In this document: positions 38,435 to 52,298 of the stretch, piece by piece | Layout: each line of letters opens with the position of its first letter | Position numbering within the stretch: position 1 is the stretch's first letter | Assembly: GCF_006345805.1 (NCBI RefSeq) | Contig: NC_043012.1 | Span: 17,670,001 to 17,734,000 of the forward strand | Length of the DNA: 64,000 nt | Source: Octopus sinensis | Taxonomy: Eukaryota | Reading direction: 5' to 3' | The notes under the pieces: generated by a model | The model's input: the letters and a program-made list of their open reading frames with translations, nothing else | Databases searched by the model: none | What the model was told of the DNA's origin: nothing | Made by a program: the position numbers and the translations under genes

Positions 38435-40153
38435 GCATATCTATCTATCTATCTATATATATTTATGCATACATGCATATATATATTTAAACAACACACA
38501 CATACACATATATGTTACACAAATGATTACAGACAACAACCAGTATTTTATTGGTGATTTATGATATAATATAATATAATGTAAGGTGTTTCTGTTACCC
38601 TTCTGTCATTATTACGTTGGCCAGTTGGCACCGTATCGTAACACAATATAGTCGACCGACTTCCAAAGAAGTATCGGCAAAAAATACAACGTAAAAATGC
38701 ATAGACTTATATACACCCGTATGCAAATTAAGACTCATCTGGCCTTTAGAGGAAAATAGAGACTGAGAGAATTATGAGGCCTGGGTGCAACGAAGAAGAA
38801 AAGGGTGTATTTGTTAGTGCAAGATCTAAAGGTCTTGAAGAGAAAAGACAGGCTGTAATTTTATGTGCATTGTTTTAGGAGGAAAGACTGGGTAGAATGG
38901 TTTTTATAACCAGGAAAGAAAGTAAGAGTGAATCATGAACCTTCGACTGTTGGAGGATACGAAATAGAATGAAAGAGTGACTTTCCACCTTTCCGGATAC
39001 ATTTTATATCAGAATACTTGATCCAGTATTTCCTTGTAGTGGGGTGTTATTTCTAGCAGTTGGAAAGAACATGTAATGGCTTCCATAATTTCAAGGTATG
39101 GTGGCTGTTTATTAACCTGAACGTTTTACTAATATCGTAACTACAAACTTTATGACACTCTATTTTTCACCTAAGCGGACCGATATATTTATAGACTCGA
39201 TCATTCCTGGCTCTCAAAGACGATAAAACGATTTATTTCCTAATAAGCAAAATGCAATAAATGTATTAACTGCTTCAAATAGTAATAAAGCTTAATATAG
39301 AGTTATGACATAGACTATTATCGAAATATAATATAACTCACCGCCATGATAATGTCATCAGTATATAGAGTTAAAGATAAATTTAATTGCTATATTCAAT
39401 TTACATTTGAGAAAAATTATTAGTAAAACAAAAAATGTTTTCCTTTTCTCAGCCGTGTTCGAGCAATTTGTTGATGTTCGACCAAATCAATTATTTGAAT
39501 CTTCGTGACCAGAGATAAATAATTCGCTGAAATGATTTCGAAATGAGACGTATTACTATGCTAAGCACAAAGGAATATTCGTTGTAACACCGCCAAAAGG
39601 TTAAATGTGCAGTGCTGTCGCAACCGATGAAGTTTTTATCAGTCAGATGTTCCTACCATATAGTAGTTATATAAAATTAACAGGACTGGATTATTTGAGG
39701 GTTAGGTGCTTTAGTTTTGAAAAGAGTTTACCTTGGGTTATAGAATACAATTAGAATTCAGAAATAGTAGTTCGCTTTTAAATACTCTCTCCGCTAGGTT
39801 AGCTACACTTTCTAGATCTTGCTTTTGATTAGCCCCAGATTAACCTCATTCTGAAACAGGCCTATGTGAAAATGTATTCCAATCATAATTATCCCATCAT
39901 AGTGTATCTAGGACTGTATTATCCACAATCTTCCAGTTGAAGACGTCGCATTGTGATTAAAGGTAAATTTGACTGGTACGTCCATCTAGTCATGTAACTG
40001 TATAGTTATAGCTTTTCACGGTTTACCGTTGCTTTAACGTAACTCATGGTAAGTATGATATCCAGGACTGCATATACTCACTCTCACTAAAGCTTTTCTC
40101 GTCCTCAGAGGATTTCAGTAAAATAATTTAGCTACGAATATTATGCAGTACCC

Positions 40154-40330
40154 AAAGGCGACAAGATGGCAGAATCGTTAGCAAGCCGGACAAAATGCTT
40201 AGCAGCATTTCATCCGTCTTTACGTTCTGATTTCAAATATCGCCGAAGTCGACTTTGCCTTTCATCCTTTCGTGATCGATAAAATATGTACCAGTTGACA
40301 ACCTGTGTTAGGTTATTTACTTCCCCCTAA
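40154..40330 (+). mobile_element. Deu/Nin-like SINE
   Basis: AAGGCGACAAGATGGCAGAATCGTTAGC head and intact core. Confidence 0.85.
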
Positions 40331-40380
40331 CATAGTAGTGCGGCAAAAGTGAACGATACTATAACTACCAGGCGTGTTAT

Positions 40381-40600
40381 AAGGCCGCGAGTTGGCAGAA
40401 TCGTTAGCACGCCGGGTAAAATGTTTACCGGTATTTCGTCTGTCTCTAGGTTCTGAGTTCAAATTACGCCGAAATCAACTGTGCCTTTCAACCTATCGGG
40501 GTTGGTAAATTACGTATCAGTTGCCTAATGGGGTCGATCTAATGGATTGCCCTCCCCACCCCAAAATTTCGAGCCTTGTGCCTAGAGTAGAAAAGGATAT
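40381..40600 (+). mobile_element. Deu/Nin-like SINE (short tail) inserted in the tail of another SINE
   Basis: Flanking direct repeat TATAACT(A/C)CCAGG at 40360-40372 and 40601-40613. Confidence 0.85.
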
Positions 40601-40973
40601 TATAACTCCCAGGTTTAAAATATTAGAACGAAAACCAACATGTTCGACTAAATCCCTTCATGGCAGTGCTCGAGCACGACCACCCTCTAATGACTGAAAC
40701 AGGTGAAGGGGTAGCAGGATAAAATTAAAGTCGAGCTTATGAATGGGATTGTAAAATACTGAATCATTCATATAAATTTGAAGATATTTCACTTCCTGAA
40801 AAGAAAGCAATAAAATGTGGTGTCTTTTAGACTATTTCGTATGCCTATGATTATGGTATATATATATATATATATATATTTCGGTGACGTGAGTTACAGA
40901 AAGAAATCATTCTCGTTAGCAAATCCAATATTTCTTATCTAATAAACAGTTTTAGAGATTTAATAAGATCAAA

Positions 40974-41128
40974 GCAGACATGGATTTGTGGTTAAGAAGC
41001 TTGCTTGACAAACTCGCGACTTTGGGTTCAGTACTTTGCGCGGCACGTGTATGGGACTGTTTCACGGGTCAAACACTACCTCTTCACTTACTTTGGATGA
41101 TGGAAGCTGTGTAGAAGCCTGCCGTATA
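40974..41128 (+). mobile_element. CORE-like tRNA SINE, diverged
   Basis: GTGGTTAAGAAGCTTGCTT...GGGTTCAGTAC...AGAAGCCTGCCGTATA. Confidence 0.6.
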
Positions 41129-41148
41129 TCTATATCTATAGCAATCAC

Positions 41149-41237
<89 letters not shown>

Positions 41238-41773
41238 ATATCTATCTATCTATGTATCTAAAATGTGGGTGTATGTGTGTGTTTGTCTGTATTTGTGGCC
41301 TGCCACCGCTTGGCAACCGCTGTTCATTTGTCTATATCTCCGTATCTTAAGCACTATAACACAAGAAATAAATAGAAAAAGCACCACACTTAAACAAGCA
41401 TGCTTACTGTTGTTGATCTCTTCGTGGCTAAAATCCTTCAAATCGTTGCCTTAGTACGACCGTATGCCAATGATTGCAATAAATGAAAGATAAAAGAGAG
41501 GCAAGAAAATACGACTACATTTATGCGTGAAATTAAAAAGGAATTATCAGTTTCTAAGGAGAAAAAATGCAATCGTGGCGAAGACATAAAAAATGGGCCG
41601 GCGATTCAAAAAGAGTTATCGAAGACTTTATAAATCGAAATTCATTTATTTTGCCAAACTTTACAACGACTATTGTAAGGTTAGCAATGGGTATATTAAA
41701 TAAATTATAAATATATTTTAAAATATATGGGTAGTTTACGGAGTGCTCATAGAGAGCCAAGGCGAAAAAATAT

Positions 41774-42461
41774 AGAGTAGAGAAAATTGAAAACGCAAAG
41801 TTTAGGCAGTCAGACAAGTTCCAGAACGCATAAGCGAAATCATTCAACCACAGTAATTGACGTATATATATATTTAAACATATCAGCATAAATCATGAAT
41901 GTACAGGCATAAAGATTCTCGAAGGGAATAAAGAATATAGAACCAAACATACATAAAAATATGTGAGAAATATAAAAATATATAAAAATAGATATAAAAC
42001 TACATATAAATAAAAATTACGTATAAGCAGTTATAAATATAGGAGGTGGAAAACGAATGAGAAGTTGATACATATAAGAATAAAAAAGTCAATTTAAAAA
42101 TGGTAAACCGCCTGAATCGTCTAAAAAACACTTATACATAAAAATTATAAGACAAAAAATTACGTGATAAAAGATGTTCGAGGTGAAACTTCTCAAATAA
42201 GTGAGGGCTAATTTTCGAGGTTAAAAATACATAATTAAAAAAAGGTCTCTAAATTGGAGGATGTCCCATCTACGGCCGTTCAAGTGTGTTAGGTTTTATA
42301 TTCTTTATACCACTGAAGAATCTTTATGCCTGTACATGCATGATTTATGCTGATGTGTAAAATATATATATGCTTCAACTACTGTGGTTCAATGATTTCA
42401 TTTATGCGTTAGGGAATCTGTTTAACTGCCTGAACTTTGCGTTTTCAATATTATCTACTCT
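41774..42461. mobile_element. ~690-bp element with ~170-bp imperfect inverted repeats
   Basis: 41774-41944 is the reverse complement of 42292-42461 with scattered mismatches. Confidence 0.8.
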
Positions 42462-42473
42462 CACTCACTCTCT

Positions 42474-42539
<66 letters not shown>

Positions 42540-43766
42540 AATGTATATTTGTGTCCATGTATGTGTGTGTGTTGGGGCTTCCTCGTATCAGTAAGATGTA
42601 AAATATTTATTTTATGCCAAGTCTACCTCTTTAAGATAAACGTGCACTGAGTCGTCTGATCGACTTATTTACAAGCGGTATTCAGACACTGTAAACAAAT
42701 CTTTCAGACTTACTGCAACGTTCGGGTGTGCATTCATTCGAAATTGTACATTTGTAAGAATCACAGTCACGGGTGTGATGGAGAAATCATACAGCTCTAC
42801 TTTCGTTTCGTATTTACCACGGATAACGAAAACATGAGTGCTGTACAATAGGACACTTTAATGGATTTTTTTCTTGAAAGTTCTTGTAATAACTGCAAGC
42901 GGAGAACTGTTTTGCAAAAGTTAAAAGAATATTTTTATTGCAGAAAAATGCACGTTGAGAGGGGGATTAAACAAATTTATTCATGTTTTTCTATATATTC
43001 TTTTTATTTCGGATTTATGATATTTCATCTGATATATTTAATCTCTAAATGCAGGCATTTTAGCACAGAAATAATTTACCTGTCCATATCTTTCTCAGCC
43101 TTGTTAGTAGATGCATTAAATTTGCCAAAAATATTTCTATTACTATTTTTAGAATTGACATTATTATACTCGCTAGGAAATATATATTTTATGAAAATAT
43201 TACACGGATAAAATAACCTCCAAAACTATTAAATATTTATCTCGATGCCACTATAATCATATATATATATATAATGAAAAAATTATACAAAATGTATAAA
43301 TATATGAAGCACCGGCACAGTTTCGATTACCTGTTGTTATCCGTAGATTTATTGCAGAAACTTCGTAATGGCGGTTGGGGTAACAGTATTAATAGAATAG
43401 GAGATTGAATGAGTAATAGACTTTATTGTGTACAGCACTTTTCGATCCGTCCTGGGTCTCTTTGTGTACATCAAAAAAAATCTCAGAGATTCCTTGAGAT
43501 AAATGGGTAGATCGAGGCAACAAAATATATAAGATATACAATGGAACAGTTGCTGAGTTGTTTTCTTATTTAGATGCAGGTTAAGGCAGTTCGAGAAGAC
43601 CGTTTATCAAAGGAGATGAAGCAGTAAACCATCTGCTTTATTTTCTATGTCTAGCGTAACTGAAAAACGATAGGAAATGGTGGCCATTGCTTTAAGATCT
43701 GAAGAGGCCATATGCAATGTTATATATTTATTTCTATTATAGACAGAATACCTGAAAAATTGTATC

Positions 43767-43955
43767 GGGAGTAGGGGTGGTAGTGGCTAGTCTATTACAT
43801 TGACCCCAGTGCTTAACTGGTACTTATTTCATCGACCCCGGAAAGATAAAAGGCAAGGTCGACTTCGGCGCTCTTTGACCTCAGGACGAAAAGACGGACG
43901 AAATGCCACGAAGCTTTTTGTCCAGCGTCCTAACGAGTCTGCCAGCTCGCCACCT
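43767..43955 (-). mobile_element. Deu/Nin-like SINE
   Basis: Reverse complement of head (CTGCCAGCTCGCC) and core (ATCGACCCCGGAAAGATAAAAGGCAAGGTCGAC). Confidence 0.85.
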
Positions 43956-45120
43956 ATTCACATTCTATATGATGGATACCCACGCATTTTAATATAGGGT
44001 AATAACCTCTCAACTACATCGATGTCTACGACAGAAGTTATTAGAACGTGATTTTGAAGCTAGTTGGACATGAAGATTCTTGGTACAGCTTTGTGAAATT
44101 AATATCGGTTATGACCACTGGAAAACGTGGGCATAGCTACATCTGCAATGCAGAATGTCGCAGTATATCCTTCCTTTTGTAAAACGAAAGGTTTAAATTT
44201 CAAGGTGATTTGCCTGCCATTTATAGAGGGCAGCGCAACCATGTTGTTGGTTCCAAAGTTTTATCGCAAATGATATGAAACTGTAAGAGATGGGCACCAA
44301 TGAATAAATGATTCGAAATCTCATGAAACGAAGCGAAATGATATACCACGCATGGTGTCAAAGCAAAAATATAACTCTCACACGGATTTGAATAAAGCGG
44401 TTGTTACTCCTGTGAAAGGAATGCATCGAATTTAAATTGACCTTACAAAATAGCAAACTGTCTACAAAGTGATGTTATAATTATTACATTTAACCTTATA
44501 GCCTTCTTTCTGATAACATCGATCGTTGCTTGGAAAGCCAAAGAGAGTAGAATGAGGGTGATGAGGAAAGAGAGTTAAAGAGAGTGAGAGAGGAAGAGGA
44601 AAATTGAGAGAGAGAGAGAGATACGAGGATTGTCAAAGGCAGAGGAGAAAGCGACATATTTGTAAGTCGAAGTATCAGTGAACACAGATTCTCAATCAAC
44701 ACAAATCTTCAATTACGCTCTGTAATTAGAGTAACGGCACTCATTAGCCCGTTTCCCTATTATCTTAATGAAGCCCTCTGATTTACATTGTCTTGCTAAA
44801 TTCAATTTCCCTTTAATCGCCCTTACACACGATACTTGGTGGAAAGCTTGTCACGAAAGCAGTAATCGCAACTTATATGGAATGTTAACAACCAAACAAG
44901 CTCCATATATACACACACACACACACATTTATGCATATATACATATAAACATGCACTCACACACATAATACATACACACATAACTACATACATATATATT
45001 TATTACCTATATTTCATTTATTATATAATACATATATACATATGCACATATACATTCACACACACATATAGATACACACATACATATATATGTACGTGTA
45101 TATAGATATGTATATATACA

Positions 45121-45223
<103 letters not shown>

Positions 45224-45338
45224 TTATATGTCGATATAGGTATGCATAAGTACCTACATACTTAAGATATGTATGTATGTGTATATATATCCACACATAC
45301 ATATGTACATACATACATATATATGTACATATATATAT

Positions 45339-45388
<50 letters not shown>

Positions 45389-45968
45389 ATGTATATGTAG
45401 CTATAAGCATATATTTATATATACATATACGTATATATAGGTATATGAATATATTTTTTTTACATACATATATGTATATATGTGTGCATAATAATATATA
45501 TATATATATAACTATATATATATGCATAAACACTCACACACACACACATATATGAATGTGTGTGAATAGACTTTCACACGCACACTCATACACAGACACA
45601 CACACACACGCACACGCACACACACACACGCACACATACACACTTCCATCAATAGAGCCAGCTAAGACCGAGCCAACAACCAGCTAAGCAAGTTCAACAG
45701 TAGTTCTTTCCACCGATTCCAGCGCCAACGATTGGTATTCGCTGTTTGCTATTTGTTGCATCGCAAGCGACGCTACTCGTACTACGGCTAGCTGCTACAG
45801 CTTCTTCACCTTGGAGACGATCACTATGAACGTTCGTGATTAAGTACTAACAACTTTAACAGTGATTATTACAACTACCAACTATACTTCAACTACTACT
45901 GCTCCTGCTACAAAACTGATACTGTCGTCATCGTCGTCGTCATCACCATGCACCTCATCGTCATCAGC

Positions 45969-46004
<36 letters not shown>

Positions 46005-46106
46005 TTTTTTTTTTTTTTCTTCTTCTTTCAAATTTGCTTCCATTTCTTGCCGAGGGTCTTCCCGACTCCTAGGGCAAAGAAACTCATAGTATACATTGGT
46101 AGGCCA

Positions 46107-46181
<75 letters not shown>

Positions 46182-46225
46182 CATTATTATATTATTATTA
46201 TATTATTATTATTATTATAATTATT

Positions 46226-46264
<39 letters not shown>

Positions 46265-46288
46265 ATTATTATTATCATTATTGTTTTT

Positions 46289-46665
46289 AAGGCGGTGAGC
46301 TGGCTGAATCGTTAGCACGGCAGGTGAAAGCTTTTTTGGGGCTTTTCGTCCGTCTAAACATTCTGAGTTCAAATTCCGCCGTGGTCGACTTTACATTTTA
46401 TTCTTTCGGGGTCGACTTACCGCCTCCTCACAAATTCCAGGGCTTATATCTACATCAGAAGGGATTACTTACAGGGAGGCGAGCTGGCAGAACCGTTACC
46501 GCGCCTGATAAATTGGTTAGTGTCAAATTCCATCACGGTCGACTTGGCCTTTCATCTTTTCGGTGTCGCTAAATTAAGTACCAGTCATGTACTGGATTCG
46601 ATAATCGAGTAGCCCCCCCACCCCGACAAAAAAAAATTCACGCCTTGTTCCTATAGTAAAAAAGA
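46289..46665 (+). mobile_element. Two adjacent Deu/Nin-like SINE copies, internally deleted
   Basis: Heads at 46289 (AAGGCGGTGAGCTGGC) and ~46476 (GGCGAGCTGGCAGAA); core motifs in both. Confidence 0.8.
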
Positions 46666-46878
46666 TTGCAGGTGGGGCTCAGTTAGAATTTTCTTCTGAG
46701 TAGCCCATCCCGCTGAAAAGGTCCCTGAATAAGGGATGTTTAAGGATGTTAAAAGAAAAACCCATGTTTCCAGAGGTGAATTATTCAAACCACAAAGAAT
46801 CCAGAAGCAAAACAATGTATATGATAACACTTCCAATCAGTTAACAAAGTTCAAGAGAGCTAATGCCTGGTACTGCAT
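46666..46878 (+). mobile_element. ~554-bp element, truncated and internally deleted copy
   Basis: Begins at TTGCAGGTGGGG, lacks the middle segment after CAAAGAATCC, ends GGTACTGCAT followed by (TAT)n. Confidence 0.85.
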
Positions 46879-46911
46879 TATTATTATTATTGTTATTATT
46901 ATTATCATCAT

Positions 46912-47022
<111 letters not shown>

Positions 47023-47082
47023 GTTATTATTATTATCATTATTATTATTATTATTATTATCATCATTATTATTATTATTATT

Positions 47083-47603
47083 GAGTGAGAGAACAGAGAT
47101 TGCCATCAAAGTGACACTGGGGTACAAATATACGGATCCCAGTATACCCATCATGACTACCTGTCAGACAAATATACACCAGACACAAGCATCACAACCA
47201 TACGTACGCGACATATCAAAATAAACAGCGCATGACCATGTAGGCGGGGTTCAATTCGAGTAGCCAAGCCTGCTCAATTGGTCCTTGAATAAGGGCTTTT
47301 TGAGGATGTTGCAAGAAACATGTTCCAAGAGACAAATTTTCCAAACCCCAAAGAATTCTTCTCAACATATGACTATGATGCTCCCTCACTTTCTTATGCT
47401 CATGATCAGAGATGAACATATCTCCATCCCCTAAGGGACATGCTCAACTGGTTATGGTCAAACAACTGTCAGGCAAATCTGTGGTATTGAGCAGAATAAT
47501 TGTTATAATCGATCTTCTATACCAAGACAAAACAATGTACATGATAACACTTCCAGTCAGTTAAGATCATCAGCCATGAGAGCCACTGTCTAGTTCTGCA
47601 TCA
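47083..47603 (+). mobile_element. ~554-bp element, older diverged copy
   Basis: (ATT)n-GAGTGAGAGAACAG...TAGTTCTGCATCA; colinear with 29427-29980, with more substitutions and small deletions. Confidence 0.88.
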
Positions 47604-47605
47604 AT

Positions 47606-47636
<31 letters not shown>

Positions 47637-48089
47637 CCTTCTTCATCTTCCTCCTCCTCCCCCTCATCATCATCATCATCATCATCCCCTTCATCCTCCT
47701 CCTCCTCATCATCATCATCATCCTCCCCTCCCCATCCCCTTCATCCTCCCCTCCTCCTCCTCCTCATCATCATCATCCCCTTCTCATCCCCTTCCTCCTC
47801 CTCCCCTCATCATCATCATCATCATCATCCTCTTCCTCCACCTCCTCCTCCTCATCATCCTCCCCTTCTCATCCCCTTCCTCCTCCTCCTCCTCCTCCTC
47901 ATCATCATCATTATCATCATCATCCTCATCACTATTATTACCTTGATACCAAATTTCTGCCTCGTGACATAGAGCAGGCACTGTAGCCTAATATCATTGT
48001 TTAACTCATCTCCGATTCTGTTCGTTTTCCATTTTTGTATCGATTAATAATAAATAGAGAGAGAAAATAAAAGTGTTCAGAATGCAGAT

Positions 48090-49030
48090 TATATGGAAAA
48101 GAACTTACATAGCGTATGACCGTTATTTTTTAGTACTTGTTTCTGGCTTTCGTATATGCTAGATTCTCCCTGGATTTCTTGAAAGAAGCCATTGACTGCT
48201 TAGTTTATGACCCCCGGTGCTCCTGTCACAAGTGATATTGCCTCCGTCTTCAAGTGTCACATCATGCTTATTTCAGCATCAAGGTATTTGTAGTTGGAAA
48301 GTTTGTCATATACCTTGGCAAGTGCAGTTTTGTCAAATGGCATTGTGATTCGCAAAAGTAGGCAGGCCTACCTAATGTTGGTGCCATTTATAATAATAAT
48401 CTCTGAGGTTGATACTAATTATTCGATTAGTATGTGCCTCAAATTCTCAAGGTATTTTGATATCGTTACTTTCAACTGTTGGTTTGGATTGGTGTTCAGA
48501 CCAGCTTTTCGCATGTTCAGCACTATGGCTTTTGCACGTTGTCCAGTAACGAACACTGTCGTGTCTAAGTTTATATTCTGTGTCAGCTAGGGATGCGCAT
48601 ACAAATACTATATACTCAATTGTTTTATGGGCATCACAGGCGCTGCATTTAGGGCCGGTTCAGTTTTTGAGGACGTGAATTTGATAATTCATTGCGCCAA
48701 GGCTCTGCTACATGCAGCAAGAACAAATCCTTTTTCTTTCTGCCTTCAGCCTTGAACTTTACCGCTACTCATGATTTTGTGATACGACTGCAAGCGGTTC
48801 CCTGATATGGAGTGCGTGCTACCCATGAAGAGTCTTCTGTTACCATCTGTGTTTCCACGTTTTAAGTCCTCCCGCTGTTGAGTTCATCGCCAACATTTTT
48901 ACTACCTTTGCTGGTATTAGGTCAGGTTCGCTAGCGTTTTCTATTTCTGTTATATGTGTTGCTCTGATTTATATTTTTCAGTCCCGTTCTTTACAGAATG
49001 AGTTTCTTGAATTTATTTTCAGTCACCGAG
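48090..49030 (-). mobile_element. R4/Dong-clade retrotransposon C-terminal remnant (zinc finger plus restriction-like endonuclease)
   Basis: KTLHG; RLKAE..GFVLAA; PKCSAC..KTIEYIV..C.SLA.TEY.LRHDSV; WSEH; HTNRII; DKLSNYKYL..EI; LVTGAPG; ...GHTLCKFFSI*. Confidence 0.88.
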
Positions 49031-49039
49031 ATCATCATC

Positions 49040-49160
49040 AAATCAAATGTCTTGCTTTATTGTGGTCTTTAAATTAGGTACCAGTTGAGCACTGGGGTCG
49101 ATGCAATCGACTTAACCCCTTCCCCGAAATTACTCGCCTTGTGTCTAACTTTAAAACAGC
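49040..49160 (+). mobile_element. Deu/Nin-like SINE 3' half
   Basis: TAGGTACCAGTTGAGCACTGGGGTCGATGCAATCGACTT...CCCCGAAATT..GCCTTGTG. Confidence 0.75.
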
Positions 49161-49162
49161 TA

Positions 49163-49211
<49 letters not shown>

Positions 49212-49274
49212 TATTATTATTATTGTTATCGTAATCGTTATCGTCATCGTCATCGTCATCTTCGTCGTCGTTAC

Positions 49275-49351
<77 letters not shown>

Positions 49352-49366
49352 GTAGTAGTAGTAGTT

Positions 49367-49400
<34 letters not shown>

Positions 49401-49449
49401 AAGTAGTAGTAGTAGTAGTAGTAGAAGTAGTAGTAGTAGTAGTAGTAGT

Positions 49450-49497
<48 letters not shown>

Positions 49498-50094
49498 TCG
49501 TTTCTAGTGGATTACGTCGTGTCAGCTCGCATGGGTTGGAAATTAATTACTTGCTCTTATCAAATTTTGTTAAAAATTTGCATAGGAACCGCTGCTTTAC
49601 TGGATGACGAGAGGTCAGACAAAATGTGCCACGAAGAGCAAAAGTTGAGCAATTTGTCTTTTAAATTTGTACTCGTCTTTTTTTCTGTTTTCGAATTATT
49701 GCATCAATATAACCTACGACCTCGATTAAACGAGGAGCGTGCAGCAGGAATGATTGATACCACTGCTCGATCTCACCTATGTTCGAATACAAGCGCTGTT
49801 AGGGGTGGATGTAAGAAGCAGTATATGCACGAGAACCGCAACATTAACAATAAAACAACAATAACAGAAAATGGTAACAATAGGAAAGGCAAAGTTCTAA
49901 CGAGAGTACCGACACAGGTAACAACGCTACTAACAACAGCAGCAACAGCAACTAAAAAAAACAAACAACAAATTACGAAAAGGCACCAACACCAACGACG
50001 TAAAGAGCTAAAGCAACAAAAACAACACAACAACAACAATAACAATAATATTAATAATAATAATAATAATAATAACAACAACAACAACAACAAC

Positions 50095-50131
<37 letters not shown>

Positions 50132-50173
50132 TAATAATAATATAATAATGATAATAATAATAATAATAATAAT

Positions 50174-50718
50174 ATGCAGTACCAGGCAGTGGCTCTCATG
50201 GCTTCTGATCTTAACTGATTGGAAGTGTTATCATGTACATTGTTTTGTCTTGGTATAAAAGATGGATACAGCAAATATTCTGCTCAATACCACAGATTTG
50301 CTTGTCTGTTGTTTGACCTTAACCAGTTGAGCATGTCCCTAGGGCTGACGATATGTGCATCTCTGATCACGAGCAGAAGTAGTGGGGGAGCATCATAGCC
50401 ATGTGTTGAGAGGGATTCTTTGGGGTTTGAATAATTCACCTCTGGAAACATGGGTGGTTCTTTCAACATCCTTAAACAACCCTGATTCAGGGACCGTTTG
50501 AGCGGGATGGGCTACTCAACCTGAAGAAAATTCTAACTGGGCCCCACCTGCAAGGTCATGTGCTGTTTATCTAGATATGAGATCACCATGTCGCGCACAT
50601 ATGGTTGTGATGCATGTGCCTGGTGTACCCTTATCAGACGGGTAGTCATGATGGGTATATTGGGCTTCGTATATTTTACCCCAGTGTCACTTTGATGGCA
50701 TGAACTGCTCTCTCACTC
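50174..50718 (-). mobile_element. ~554-bp element, copy in opposite orientation
   Basis: Reverse complement of 29427-29980; (AAT)n on both sides. Confidence 0.92.
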
Positions 50719-50739
50719 AATAATAATAATAATAATAAT

Positions 50740-50986
50740 AGCCCTGATGCAGTATAATAGCCCTGATGCAGTACCATAGCCCTGATGCAGTACCATAGCC
50801 CTGATGCAGTATAATAGCCCTGATGCAGTACCATAGCCCTGATTCAGTACCATAGCCCTGATGCAGTACCATAGCCCTGATGCAGTATAATAGCCCTGAT
50901 GCAGTACCATAGCCCTGATGCAGTACCATAGCCCTGATGCAGCACCATAGCCCTGATGCAGTACCATAGCTCTGATGCAGTATAAT
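50740..50986 (+). repeat. 13 x 19-bp tandem array made of the element terminus
   Basis: Units AGCCCTGATGCAGTACCAT (A) and AGCCCTGATGCAGTATAAT (B) in the order B A A B A A A B A A A A B. Confidence 0.97.
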
Positions 50987-50987
50987 A

Positions 50988-51540
50988 GCCATGATGCAGT
51001 ACCAGGCAGTGGCTCTCATAGCTTCTGATCTTAACTGATTGGAAGTGTTATCATGTACATTGTTTTGTCTTGGTATAAAAGATGGGCCACAGCAAATATT
51101 CTGCTCAATACCACAGATTTGCTTGTCAGTTGTTTGACCATAACCAGTTGAGCATGTCCCTTAGTGGCTGACGATATGTGCATCTCTGATCACGAGCAGA
51201 AGTAGTGGGGCAGCATCATAGCCATGTGTTGAGAGGGATTTTTGGGGTTTGAATAATTCACCTCTGGAAACATGGGTGGTTTTTTCAACATCCTTAAACA
51301 ACCCTTATTCAGGGACCTTTTGAGCGGGATGGGCTACTCAACCTGAAGAAAATTCTAACTGGGCCCCACCTGCAAGGTCATGTGCTGTTTATCTTGATAT
51401 GAGATCACTATGTCGCGCACATTTGGTTGTGATGCATGTGCCTGGTGTACCCTTATCAGACGGGTAGTCATGATGGGTATATTGGGCTTCGCATATTTTA
51501 CCCCAGTGTCACTTTGATGGCATGAACTGCTCTCTCACTC
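50988..51540 (-). mobile_element. ~554-bp element, tandem partner of the 50174-50718 copy
   Basis: Same orientation as the 50174 copy; continuous with the 19-bp array; ends CTCTCACTC-(AAT)n. Confidence 0.92.
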
Positions 51541-51573
<33 letters not shown>

Positions 51574-51574
51574 C

Positions 51575-51668
<94 letters not shown>

Positions 51669-51689
51669 TATTATTATTTCAAATTTTTG

Positions 51690-51816
51690 CCACATGGGAG
51701 CTTAGGGAAAGGGATTAAGTCGATTACATAGACCCCAGTGCGTAACTAGTACTTATTTAATCGACCCCGAAATGCCGCTAAGCATTTCGCCATGCGTGGT
51801 AACGATTCTGCTAGCC
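51690..51816 (-). mobile_element. Deu/Nin-like SINE, internally deleted
   Basis: GATTAAGTCGATTACATAGACCCCAGTGCGTAACT joined directly to head sequence GAAATGCCGCTAAGCATTTCG. Confidence 0.75.
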
Positions 51817-51841
51817 ATAAAAACACCAGCTTGCCACCATA

Positions 51842-52098
51842 ATTCAAAAAATAAATTTGTCAATTTACTTCATTTTGGTTAATATATAAAGAATTGTGGT
51901 AACGCCTCCCCAATCTCAATCCTTTATATATTAACTTCAATCCTTCATATATTAATCAAAATGAAGTAGATTGACAAATTCATTTTTTGAACCGGTTGAA
52001 GACACATAAGATGGTGAAATATCGTTCACTTGATGATAATGGCACTCTTCATTAAATTTTGACACTATATCTTCGGGAGGAGTTACCTCAATCCTTTA
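51842..52098. mobile_element. Second copy of the Penelope pLTR-like unit with an inverted head
   Basis: 51842-51889 is inverted relative to ~51945-51990. The body matches 14839-14980 and ends GAGGAGTTACCTCAAT. Confidence 0.7.
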
Positions 52099-52114
52099 TA
52101 TATTATTATTATTA

Positions 52115-52197
<83 letters not shown>

Positions 52198-52231
52198 TAA
52201 TAATAATAACAATAATAATAATAATAATAAT

Positions 52232-52298
<67 letters not shown>

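Noticed and set aside
43425-43475. Degenerate hammerhead-like motif on the minus strand (GGATC-GAAA)
   Set aside because: The CUGANGA core is missing and cannot be supported from this copy.
49576-49583. Octamer motif ATTTGCAT (also 14141 and others)
   Set aside because: Expected by chance in AT-rich DNA; no snRNA gene or other supporting context.
50740-50986. CRISPR-like array
   Set aside because: Contiguous units with no unique spacers, no cas genes, and a eukaryotic context.
50988-51060. HDV-like ribozyme, U2 snRNA or Pol III head at the variable end of the 554-bp element
   Set aside because: Could not build P1/P3/L3; the GCAGTACC match to U2 is too short; an A-box-like TGGCTCTCATGG has no B-box.
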